In this document: in pieces, positions 48,029-57,139 of the stretch | How positions within the stretch are numbered: the first letter of the stretch is position 1 | How the letters are laid out: every line of letters begins with the position of its first letter | Assembly: GCA_037447435.1 (NCBI GenBank) | Contig: JBBIGR010000004.1 | Location: 64,001-128,000 of the forward strand | DNA: 64,000 nucleotides | Direction: 5' to 3' | Source: Fibrobacteria bacterium | GTDB taxonomy: Bacteria; Fibrobacterota; Chitinivibrionia; Chitinivibrionales; FEN-1185 | The notes under the pieces: generated by a model | What the model was told of the DNA's origin: nothing | The model's input: only the letters and a program-made list of their open reading frames with translations | The model's database searches: none | Made by a program: the position numbers and the translations under genes

Positions 48029-48728
48029 GCCCAAATTGGGAATCATAATGATTATTGGATTCCATCCCCATTGTACAGACGCCCAAATTGGGCGTCTGTA
48101 CGAAATCATATTCGCGGCAATATTTCGCATTTGCGGAATTAATAATTCGGGATATTGATCATTAAATTTTATATTGGGAATCATAATGATTATTGGATTC
48201 CATTCCCATTGTACAGACGCCCAATTTGGGCACCCTCACGCATACGCCGAATGAAATTTCTGCATCTGTACAGACGCCCAATTTGGGCGTCTCTACAACG
48301 AATCCCGCCGGGCAAAAACCCCAATGGAAACCCGGGATTATCGGAATAATCATTAATCAATATAAACGGATTTGCACCATTCAATCACGAAAAATCAATC
48401 CCGAATTTGCATGGCATCCGCGATTCCACGATCATATTATCCGAAATAATAATGAATTAAATCGAATTAGGAAATATATAATCAATAATCCCATGAAATG
48501 GAAAAATGATAATTCGGCATATCCGAATTAATTTTTGGGGAATTCGCGGGAATAATATTCGGGATATTGATCATGAAATTTCATATCGGGAATCATAATG
48601 AATTTTCCATGAAATTATCATGCATATTTTGATTCCATCCCCATCGTACAGCCGCACAATTTGGGGAATCATAAGGATTATTGGAATTCCATCCCCATCG
48701 TACAGACGCCCAATTTGGGCGTCTCTAT
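48029..48728. repeat. Cluster of REP-like palindromes GTACAGACGCCCAAwTTGGGCGTCTsTAC within longer direct repeats
   Basis: Copies at 48073-48101, 48211-48231 (partial), 48268-48296, 48646-48666 (degenerate), 48700-48728; core remnant at 48029-48040. Confidence 0.88.
48193..48531 (+). mobile_element. C-terminal fragment of a REP-associated/IS200-like Y1 tyrosine transposase
   Basis: KPGIIGIIINQYK...FAWHPRFHDHIIRN...IRKYIINNPMKW; the HUH half is absent from this frame. Confidence 0.85.
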
Positions 48729-48920
48729 GGTTCCGAAATACTGAATCCGCGCATTTTTTTTCTTTTCTTTTCGATTTGAACCATATATAAACAAGATATA
48801 GAACAATTCCAAGACCGAATCCGATTATATACATTGCAAAGTAAACCGGCCTGGCTGCGTACGAAAAACATCCGGGGCCAACAAGCGTGACAATCGCGGT
48901 AAGAGAACCTTTCCAACTGA
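48729..48920 (-). pseudogene. Fragment of a small membrane protein running into the REP cluster
   Basis: Frame reads *FSWKGSLTAIVTLVGPGCFSYAARPVYFAMYIIGFGLGIVLYLVYIWFKSKRKEKK; no clear start. Confidence 0.35.
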
Positions 48921-49199
48921 ATTAAGCGCCCATAAGCTCGGCTTTGTGCCCGATTGTTCTTGTCGAACAATAAATACCTCGCCCATACCGCCGCGATATC
49001 GTTCGACAACATCAAATTCGAGTAACTTGCCTTGGGACTTGCAATGAAGCAGGTGTTCATTTCGATCCTGACGGGCTTCATAATAATGACCGGCAAACGG
49101 ATCCAAGGAAATGTTTTTTTTAAGAATGGGAACATCGTTTTCTTCCCCTATCCGATCGTGTAATGTAAAATCGGGACAAATCGTCTTGTTTGATTCGAT
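48921..49199 (-). pseudogene. N-terminal fragment of a Hanks-type Ser/Thr kinase
   Basis: FDVVERYRGGMGEVFIV...LWAL: Gly-rich loop and beta3 strand; similarity stops where the catalytic Lys is expected. Confidence 0.5.
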
Positions 49200-49408
49200 T
49201 CAAGTTCGTTCCGAAAATCATCTTAAACTCCCAAAAATCCTGTCCCAAAATTCATTTACAGGATTTTTGCATCATTTACATAATAAAATGGAACGTTTAC
49301 AAAGTATAAAGTTCATTTACAAAGCCTTTTTTATCGCTTTTATAAATAAAATTTGAATAAAATAGAGGTTTTTTATCTCCGGCAACGGCAAAATGCCCTA
49401 AAAATATT

Positions 49409-49492
49409 TCTGTAAATGAACTTTTGACCTCTGTAAATGATATTTTTTGAATATTCAATGAACTTTTAGGCTCTACCAATGAACTTATCAGG
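49409..49492 (+). repeat. Four degenerate 21-bp tandem repeats
   Basis: TCTGTAAATGAACTTTTGACC / TCTGTAAATGATATTTTTTGA / ATATTCAATGAACTTTTAGGC / TCTACCAATGAACTTATCAGG. Confidence 0.7.
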
Positions 49493-49569
49493 ATTGCTTG
49501 CTATTTTTTTCCCGCTGCGAATTACTGTCCCATAGCCATTTTTGCTAAAGTTTATAGTCGTCCAGAAAC

Positions 49570-49881
49570 CTTTATACATCACCCGGATATTATTTCATTA
49601 CGGTAACCCATAATCGTGAACATTTGTTTGGCCATATTGACAATAGAATAATGTGTCTGAACGAATACGGCACAAATATTCAAAATGAATGGGGCAAATC
49701 GTTTGTTATCTGTCGAGGATTATTGCCCGATGAATTTGTGGTGATGCCGAATCATTTTCACGGAATTGTGCGCATGGTTGAAACCAAGGACCGAATCGGT
49801 CTCAACACCGTCATTGTAGAGACGTTCGGCCGAACGTCTCTACAAAAAACAACACCGCAACCGACGGACCGTCAACCGAAA
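49570..49881 (+). mobile_element. N-terminal (HUH) fragment of a second RAYT/Y1 transposase with an internal REP palindrome
   Basis: YTSPGYYFITVTHNREHLFG...LNEYG...DEFVVMPNHFHGIV; perfect palindrome at 49814-49845; similarity ends at RQPK. Confidence 0.85.
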
Positions 49882-50175
49882 GAATTCCCGCGAATATACC
49901 TGAAATCGGTCTTCGGGTATCGATATCGATACATCGCTCCCCTTGCTCGTATCGCAAATGATACATTCAATGTATTCATCTTAAATAAAAACCTTTAATA
50001 ACATATTGAAATGTAATAAAATAGGAACGGGGCTTCGCCAACGGCACGATTATTGCGAAAATGGTAATGAATACTAGCAACTTTTAATGGTAAACAATTT
50101 TGCTTCTTCGGGAATAGCAAACAGTTTCCTATTATTTTCAATAAAAAAAGTCTTATCGAGGGTATAATTAATAGT

Positions 50176-50733
50176 ATGAAAATCGTTTTATGTTTTGTTT
50201 GCTTTTTGCTGTTTGCCAACACGCGCAATTGCCGGGGGCAATATTGTTCTAATGATAATCGGTTTACTCAAACGCCTACATTTAGCGCCAATCAAATTCA
50301 AATAGACTCGATGCCGTTTGCAAATGTGATAGATTGGCAAGGTGCGAATCAAACGTTGAAATTGGATGTGTATTATCCAAAGAACTCTGCGGAAACGATT
50401 TCCAAACGTCCTCTCATTATGATGATTTTTGGCGGCGGGTTTGTTTCGGGAAACAGAAGCCAAGTTTCGGAATACTGCCTGGATTTTGCGGAACGGGGCT
50501 TTGTCGCCGTTGCCATCGACTACCGGTTAGGACATGAAGTCGCACCTTGTACCGATACGCTATCATGGGAAAAAGCGGTATACAGAGTGCATCAGGACGC
50601 CCACGCTGCCATGCGCTTCATGGTTGCTCATGCGGCAACGTATAAAATCGATACCGCATGGCTTTTTGCAGGCGGATACAGCGCAGGTGCGGGCACCGCG
50701 TTGGCACTTTTCTGGAAAACGCATCTATTGTAA
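50176..50733 (+). pseudogene. Truncated secreted carboxylesterase (alpha/beta hydrolase)
   Basis: Signal peptide, LDVYYP, FGGGF oxyanion loop, IDYRLG, GYSAG nucleophile elbow; stops about 15 codons later with no Asp/His region. Confidence 0.8.
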
Positions 50734-50777
50734 AAAATTCATTCACTGATAGCAATTTAAGTTTTCAGGAAGATTTT

Positions 50778-52178
50778 ATGAAACCAATTCGATTGACGAC
50801 CGCTATAGTTTCTCTGTCCATATCCTTTTCCGCATTCGGTTCGGGCGCGGTATTGAGTGATCCGAATGCCTCGACGGTAGCAAAAAACGTTTATGCATTT
50901 CTCGCCTCGCGTGCCGGATCAAATACAAACAGGGTTCTGGAAGGGCAACATCTCGGAGGAATCAACGAAATAGTCGATCCGAATCAATTTCAAATAAATG
51001 CCTATGCCGTAAACAACAAACTCCCTGCGCTGGTCGGTTCCCGCTACGATTCGAATAACAAAAACGCCGCAGGTTCTCCGTATACGTTGAGTGCCGCGCT
51101 CGACCAGCAAATCAACAATAAACTCATCGGCATTTGGAACACCAATCATTCGATTATCCATCTCACCGCGGTTGCACCGAATCCGTGGAGCTTTCAATCC
51201 GGGCGATTGCCGTCCGATTCGGACGGTACATTGTCGGAACTGTTGCGCACTGCACCTGCTTCGGCGGCAAAAACATCCTTTTGGAATTCGATTGACATAA
51301 TCGCAGCCGGATTGCAACAGTTGGAAGACGCGAATGTGCCGGTCCTTTTCCGCCCGTTTCCCGAATTCAATCAAAGCAAGTATTATTGCGACGGGAAAGA
51401 TTCGATCGGTTTTAAAAACCTCTGGATAGACGTGTATAACTATTATGTCAATACGAAAGGGTTGCATAACCTCATTTTTTGCTGGGAAGCATGGGTACTC
51501 AACAAAGCTCCGGCTTATTCGAATATCAAACCATGGTATCCCGGAGACGCATACGTCGACGTTGTCGCCGGTGCTTACTATTTTTCGTACGACAAAACTT
51601 ATTTCGATACGAACGGAGCGCTCGTTTTTCCCGGTGTGAATGATAAAACCATCCACGACGCCCTGCTCTCTTTTAAAAAGCCGTACGGCTCTACGCAATG
51701 GGGACTCAATCAGAACGAACCGAATAACACTCCTGGCGATAACACTTTCACGCTCAAATTTATCAATAATGTGCCGTCGTTCTCGTTCGTTTACTATTGG
51801 ACCGGATATCAGGAAGTACAACTTCAGGCAAACGGAACAATATTCGTCAATGATCCGGCCATTTGCACTGCCGATGATTTGCCGAATTTCAATAGCGATG
51901 CGGGAATTCGGATGCCCAATAGCGGGAATATCACCGCCATCGCCGCCATTCATAGGAAATCGAAGGACGTCATTACTATTGATTTTTACAACCCTTTAAT
52001 TGAAACGGAATTTCGACTGATTTCCATCAATGGTGCGATTTCCCGAATTCCTGTTTCTGCCGGAGGGTCGCAAATTATTATGGAAAAGGAAAAGTATCAT
52101 TTGCATAACGGATTTTATATATTTGAAATGAAATCGAAATCCGGACTTATGCGGGGATCTCTGTTCCTTACTTTTTAA
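50778..52178 (+). CDS. Secreted GH26 (mannanase-like) protein with sorting tail
   Basis: ATG 50778 after AGGAAG; VPVLFRPFPEFN, KGLHNLIF, WYPGDAYVDVV; nucleophile region reads KPYGSTQWG. Confidence 0.82.
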   Translation: MKPIRLTTAIVSLSISFSAFGSGAVLSDPNASTVAKNVYAFLASRAGSNTNRVLEGQHLGGINEIVDPNQFQINAYAVNNKLPALVGSRYDSNNKNAAGSPYTLSAALDQQINNKLIGIWNTNHSIIHLTAVAPNPWSFQSGRLPSDSDGTLSELLRTAPASAAKTSFWNSIDIIAAGLQQLEDANVPVLFRPFPEFNQSKYYCDGKDSIGFKNLWIDVYNYYVNTKGLHNLIFCWEAWVLNKAPAYSNIKPWYPGDAYVDVVAGAYYFSYDKTYFDTNGALVFPGVNDKTIHDALLSFKKPYGSTQWGLNQNEPNNTPGDNTFTLKFINNVPSFSFVYYWTGYQEVQLQANGTIFVNDPAICTADDLPNFNSDAGIRMPNSGNITAIAAIHRKSKDVITIDFYNPLIETEFRLISINGAISRIPVSAGGSQIIMEKEKYHLHNGFYIFEMKSKSGLMRGSLFLTF

Positions 52179-52408
52179 CTCAACGCATGGAATTTATAAT
52201 TATGAATTTTTAATTTTAAGGCAACAAATTAACAATTCAGAGCATTTTTTTTGCAATATCCTCTTATTCCGGATGAATAATGTTAAAAAAGAAATCACCT
52301 ATTTAATATTCTTTTGTTTTCTGTTAGAAAACACTTTTTATTTCCAAGGCACCTCATGGCAAAAGGTTTTAGTTATTTTGATAATATCTTAATCATTGGA
52401 AATAATTT

Positions 52409-53239
52409 ATGAGAATAATTCTCAACGCAATTTGCTTGTTATTCATTATTTGTTTTCCCATTTTTTCTCTCACTGTCGACTTTGCTCCTATTAAAGTTGG
52501 AAACATTTGGGTATATAAAGATTCAACTGCAAATGTTGATGGAACCCCAAATCATATTTTAATAAAAACGATATCGATATCTAAGATGTCCCGGGATACT
52601 AAAGATACTAATAATATTATCTTTAACGTAACGGTTCGTGATAGCGGAATAGATTCCGGAAGAGCTAGCCGCGCAATTGATACGATTTATTCAATTGATT
52701 CAATTATTAAGAAACGGGATACTATTGTTTCTGCCGGAAAACTAGCAATCTATTTTAATTTATCAACAAAAGACACGGCTAGTTTTGTGGATTCTTTTTC
52801 TATATTCCATATTGACCGCGGAAGTTTCTTCGGATTTAATAAATTGATAGGGTATTCTCATTATCATTTGAATTACGTTGATGTTATGGTATATGAAGAG
52901 ATTGATACCTCCTTTTCTCTTGAAAACGTTGGATTGATATATAGGTTTAGTAAAAGCTCGGATAATCCCGGTATAGAACAATGGGCAATAAGCACCATCC
53001 GACTGATAAGTTTTAACGGAAATAGCCCTTATGATATTTCACATGCAAAACGGATTTCAGAACAAAATTCCCGCTATAATTCTAATGGATCGCTTCGATT
53101 TAAAAAGGTTGTAGTCCTTTATAGAATGCCCGACAATCAATATCCGTTACATAGTTACTTTTATGATGTTTATGGCCGCAGAGTACAAACCAATCCGTCA
53201 CTCCTTGCAAAGAGTATTTATTTCTTTTCAAAGCAATAA
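52409..53239 (+). CDS. Secreted hypothetical protein, AT-rich
   Basis: Signal peptide; APIKVGNIWVY; ENVGLI; tail YDVYGRRV. Confidence 0.7.
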   Translation: MRIILNAICLLFIICFPIFSLTVDFAPIKVGNIWVYKDSTANVDGTPNHILIKTISISKMSRDTKDTNNIIFNVTVRDSGIDSGRASRAIDTIYSIDSIIKKRDTIVSAGKLAIYFNLSTKDTASFVDSFSIFHIDRGSFFGFNKLIGYSHYHLNYVDVMVYEEIDTSFSLENVGLIYRFSKSSDNPGIEQWAISTIRLISFNGNSPYDISHAKRISEQNSRYNSNGSLRFKKVVVLYRMPDNQYPLHSYFYDVYGRRVQTNPSLLAKSIYFFSKQ

Positions 53240-53319
53240 GAGCAGACTACCTGAGAGCATCAATAGAGCCGAAGAGAATACGTCTAATAATATTTGTATT
53301 AATTGTTCAATCCCCTACT

Positions 53320-53551
53320 ATGAAACGGACAATCGACATTCCGATGCTTTTTTCCGTCGGTAAAGCGCAAACCGGCAATATCCGCCTGAAATTTGATCTC
53401 ACAACAATGTTGAATAATGTTGACATGCGCCATGAACTCGCGACGCATTCTTTCGACAATCCGGCCCTGGCCATCCGGATGGCCGATGCATTTGACTGTG
53501 CAGGAGAAACAGGACCTGATCGCATTTCTTAAATCATTGACGAATCAGTAA
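53320..53551 (+). pseudogene. Remnant joining an MbnP-like C-terminus to a di-haem cytochrome c peroxidase (MbnH/MauG-like) C-terminus
   Basis: One frame reads LKFDL...THSFDNPALAIRMAD; the next frame reads PMHLTVQEKQDLIAFLKSLTNQ* (53483-53551). Confidence 0.45.
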
Positions 53552-53573
53552 ACCGGGATTATGAATTGAATAA

Positions 53574-54752
53574 TCAACTAAACGCGGGAAATTCGGTTGC
53601 GTCGGGAACGATCGCAACGCCCTCAACTTCTATGAGCCAGGCAGGCCTGCATACTTTGGCTTCCAAAGCGATAATGGGCAACTGCGGCGGAATCGCCGTT
53701 TTCAAAACCGGTTCGACTTTGGGCCAATCGGTAAAATTACGCAAGTAAACGAACAAATAGGCCAAATCGTTTAGAGCCGCGCCTTGATGGGACAACAACG
53801 CCTCGACATTGGCGATTGCCCGCCGGGTTTGTTTCGCAACGTCGCCGATAAAAACAACATTGCTTTGGGCGTCGATGCTGGCAGTTCCGGAAATATACAA
53901 ATGCGACCGGTCGCCGAAGCGAACGCGCAGTCCCCGTTCAAACGTCACATTGTACGAAATGGTTTCCGACATGTTTTCCGATGCGTGCATGCGGACGATT
54001 TGCCCGGGCTTAAGCGGCGCTATGGACAAAGAATCCATGATCACCTTATGACGTACCGATTCTCCCCGTCCTTCTATACCGGTGCTTGCCAAATATCTGG
54101 TCTCGTTCGTGAGCCCGTGCCTGGCGAAGAATTCCCTGCGCGAATCGACCATGCCTTTATATTGCGTGTCAACGTCTCTGATATAAATCCATGTCCTGAT
54201 GGTATTGGAAAGGACGTCCATTTCGGCATCGTGAATGGATTCGAACAGGTTTTGCAGAATGCGCGTGGTCTGCGAATACGAATCAGTTGCGCTTTCATCG
54301 GCGAAATTCGCCGTATGCAGCATACGATAGTGTATGCCTTGCGCACGCGAAGCGTTTTGAAACGACCCTTGCAAAATGCTGTTGCTTTTTTGGAAACCGG
54401 TCCCGTCGGCTTTTTTAAGATGATACGAGAGCAACGTCACCGGTGCGGAGACAAGGGGCTTTTGTTCGATGACGGAAACGGCGCCTTGAAGCAGCCGGGA
54501 GTAAAGAGCGGATTCCTTGATTGCATTTTTCTGGTTTATCAAATCGTTGACAAAGATTTTCGAGAACACCGCGGTGTGGTCGAGCAAACCGCATTGGCCA
54601 AGAGCTTCGGAATAGCGCCCGTTTAACGCCGACAGCACGTCGTTTAAACTTTCACCGGGTTCCGAACGGAGAACCAGGAAATATTCCGAACTGCCCGATG
54701 TCGATTCGAAACAGGTTCCATATGACAAATCTGAAAACTTAAAATATTTCAC
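53574..54752 (-). CDS. Rid/YjgF-superfamily protein (chorismatase FkbO/Hyg5-like)
   Basis: IRTWIYIRD, YLASTGIEG, TFERG, YISGTASID, VYLR, VCRPAWLIEVEG. Confidence 0.85.
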   Translation of the reverse strand: MKYFKFSDLSYGTCFESTSGSSEYFLVLRSEPGESLNDVLSALNGRYSEALGQCGLLDHTAVFSKIFVNDLINQKNAIKESALYSRLLQGAVSVIEQKPLVSAPVTLLSYHLKKADGTGFQKSNSILQGSFQNASRAQGIHYRMLHTANFADESATDSYSQTTRILQNLFESIHDAEMDVLSNTIRTWIYIRDVDTQYKGMVDSRREFFARHGLTNETRYLASTGIEGRGESVRHKVIMDSLSIAPLKPGQIVRMHASENMSETISYNVTFERGLRVRFGDRSHLYISGTASIDAQSNVVFIGDVAKQTRRAIANVEALLSHQGAALNDLAYLFVYLRNFTDWPKVEPVLKTAIPPQLPIIALEAKVCRPAWLIEVEGVAIVPDATEFPAFS

Positions 54753-54779
54753 TGAATTATTCGCCCGCCTTTACGCCGC

Positions 54780-56924
54780 TCATTTTTGGACACCTATGAC
54801 TTGGCGAAGCGTCGTCGTCACACCGGTCGTATGATCGGTTATCAGAATGCGTGCGACATAGGTCCCTGCCCCCGCGTTAATACCTTTGGTGGTTTTTCCG
54901 TCCCAATTCAAAAACAATTTCGGCACATTCTTATTCGTTTCCTTAGACATTTCGGAACTTTTGTAAACCGTATTCCCCACTGCGTCGAAAATTACGATGG
55001 AACCGGATATCGACCCGTCGGCAACGTCTTTGGTCACGGCTTTTATAAAGGAAACTTCTATACGCGTCCCGTACGGCACGTTCGGCTTGGTTCCGTCCTG
55101 TTGCGACGGCGGAATCTGGGTAACGCCCGGTTTAAAGGGATTGGATGCAACATGATAATCGGATATTATCGAGACGTCGCCGCATGTCCCGAGCTGAAAG
55201 GGAGTTCTGCTCCCTTCCTAGACAAGCAATGCATTGGTCAATATTTTCGACGACTCGTACAGATACAAAAACCGGTCCGATTGATTGATCACGGAATTGA
55301 GAAATTCCGACGACGAATGGTTCGTATTGTTCAGGGTGTTTACAAAACTAAAATAGTCGTTTTTGGGATCGCCCGGTTTGTTTGTTGAGTTCACCGGCTC
55401 GCTGAACGTGACGCGGAGCGTGTCGAATTTACCGGCAGGAACGAAACAAACCGCCTTTATCACCGGCGCGGCACCGTCTACGATCGCACTAATGAAAAAC
55501 GGACGCCCACCCGTGGTCATGGGCAGGTTGGTCAAAATAAATTGCGACGAACCCGTATTGACGCCGGTTTCATAGATCGACCCCGTGGTTTCTGTCACGA
55601 TAATATGAATGGTTTTTCCGTTCTTGTCATATACGATGTTGGACGGTTGCAAGACTATTCTGTTCCCGTCAAGAGTCACCAGGGTCAGGGATTTGATCAG
55701 GTCCGATACGGACGGCATCGGCGTTTTGATGGTATCGGAAGTGTTCCAGGTCAAATCGATCCTGTCGATATGGCCGTTTTTATTCGTATCCAGGACGGTT
55801 GCGGTCACGTCCATATTCGTTATCGGGGGCGCATTGGCCTTGACGAAAATGACCTGCCTGGTCTGCAATGTCGCCCCTGATTTCGGATCGGTGTACGAAA
55901 CGATAATGGTGTCTTTTTCGCCGCCGGTCACGGCTTTAAACGTATTGGTATTGCTGGGGCCGTTTCCAAGCGTCATACTGCTTTGGCTCGAAACGGGCTT
56001 TTTTAACTGCCAGGTGATGTTCTTTGCAAGGTTGGTTGAATCCTGAAACTGCTTGCCGAGACTGTCGGTTCCGATGATAACCGTATGGAACGAAATACTG
56101 TCGCCGATGCCGACCGTGTCCCTGACCGGGAAAAAGCTCAGCATGAGAGTATCTAATGTCAAAGAATGGATAAGGAACACGCCGGTAACGTCGAATTTGA
56201 TGTCCTCATAATACATGTCGCTGCCGTGAAGTTGATCTTCAAACCCGAATTCGACCGTATCGGTACGCACGGTCCCGTTTGTTTGCGTATGAATCCAGCC
56301 CGCTTCGCACCAACGGCGGCCGAACGGAACCCTCTTTTGCTGATCGAGACTAAAAAAGGTGGTGGTGTCCTGGCGCGAGCTGTAATGTCTGTCAATATGT
56401 TGCCAGCCTTCGCCCGGCGCCCTGTTTGGTCCGGTAAAAAGCATTTCGGTATCTTTTGCCAACTTATTGGTGGTGCCGCATCCGCCGTCGAGGGTTGATT
56501 TATACATAAAGAACAGCGTATCGAGATGATGAATGGTCGATGCGACCGGTGTCAAATCGATTCGTTCGGGTGTGGTATTGCATTTGTTCTTAAAAAGGAA
56601 ATACGTCGTGTCGGGCTTTCCCGGCGACGGAGGAAGCATAAGGTATAATGCACCTTGATATGAGGCGCTGCCGTGATCGTATAGCCATACGATAAACGGT
56701 TTTGTCGTATCCCGCAAGAACGTCGCGCCGATGTATAACGAATCGGCCCTCCATAAACCGCTGGGCGGCAATCCGCTCGGTTGGGCCATTCCCCTTACCC
56801 GCCATAAATCGGTGTTTTCATCTTTTGCCGGCATTTGCGCGGAAACAAACGACATCGACACCAAGAATGCGGCAATGACCAATGCCGTTAATGCCGTTAA
56901 GCGAATAAGTTTTTGTGTCTGCAT
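54780..56924 (-). pseudogene. Large secreted protein (DUF4114-like motif, Ig-like domains, FlgD/sorting-type C-terminus) with one in-frame TAG
   Basis: ORFs 55218..56924 and 54780..55079 share a frame: NALLV*EGSRTPF...ASNPFKPG...IFDAVGNTV...WDGKTTKG...GTY; GFEDQLHGSDMYYEDIKF resembles DUF4114. Confidence 0.78.
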
Positions 56925-57078
56925 AAAACACCCTCATCGAAGGTTAAGGAATAATATACCGGCCTATACGGCCTTTTAATCCGCCTCAGAACCACGCTAT
57001 AAATATAAGTCCAAGATACGGTGAAGATAAACAACAGAACGATTTCCATTGCGTAATTCCGAGATCGGTTTAAAATCG

Positions 57079-57117
57079 AAAAAAGCCCTGTTCGCCGTAT
57101 GGGCGAACAAGGCTTTT
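57079..57117 (-). terminator. Intrinsic terminator
   Basis: Minus strand AAAAGCCTTGTTCGCC-5 nt-GGCGAACAGGGC-TTTTTT, about 20 bp after the stop at 57140. Confidence 0.8.
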
Positions 57118-57139
57118 CACGTAATAACCTCGCAGTACC

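Noticed and set aside
48029..48728. CRISPR array
   Set aside because: Spacing is irregular, the intervening sequences are themselves repeated, there are no cas genes, and a RAYT fragment is embedded.
50658..50777. Frameshifted esterase-GH26 fusion
   Set aside because: The overlapping frame shows no esterase continuation, and GH26 has its own SD, ATG and signal peptide.
49900..53600. Integron cassette array
   Set aside because: No paired RYYYAAC/GTTRRRY attC structures or integrase recognised.
41500..55220. Genome-wide stop-codon reassignment or selenocysteine
   Set aside because: TGA and TAG end many intact genes here (ATGA overlaps; TAG at 2054, 9124, 40707). The TGA lies in a signal peptide rather than a redox site, and no convincing SECIS was seen.
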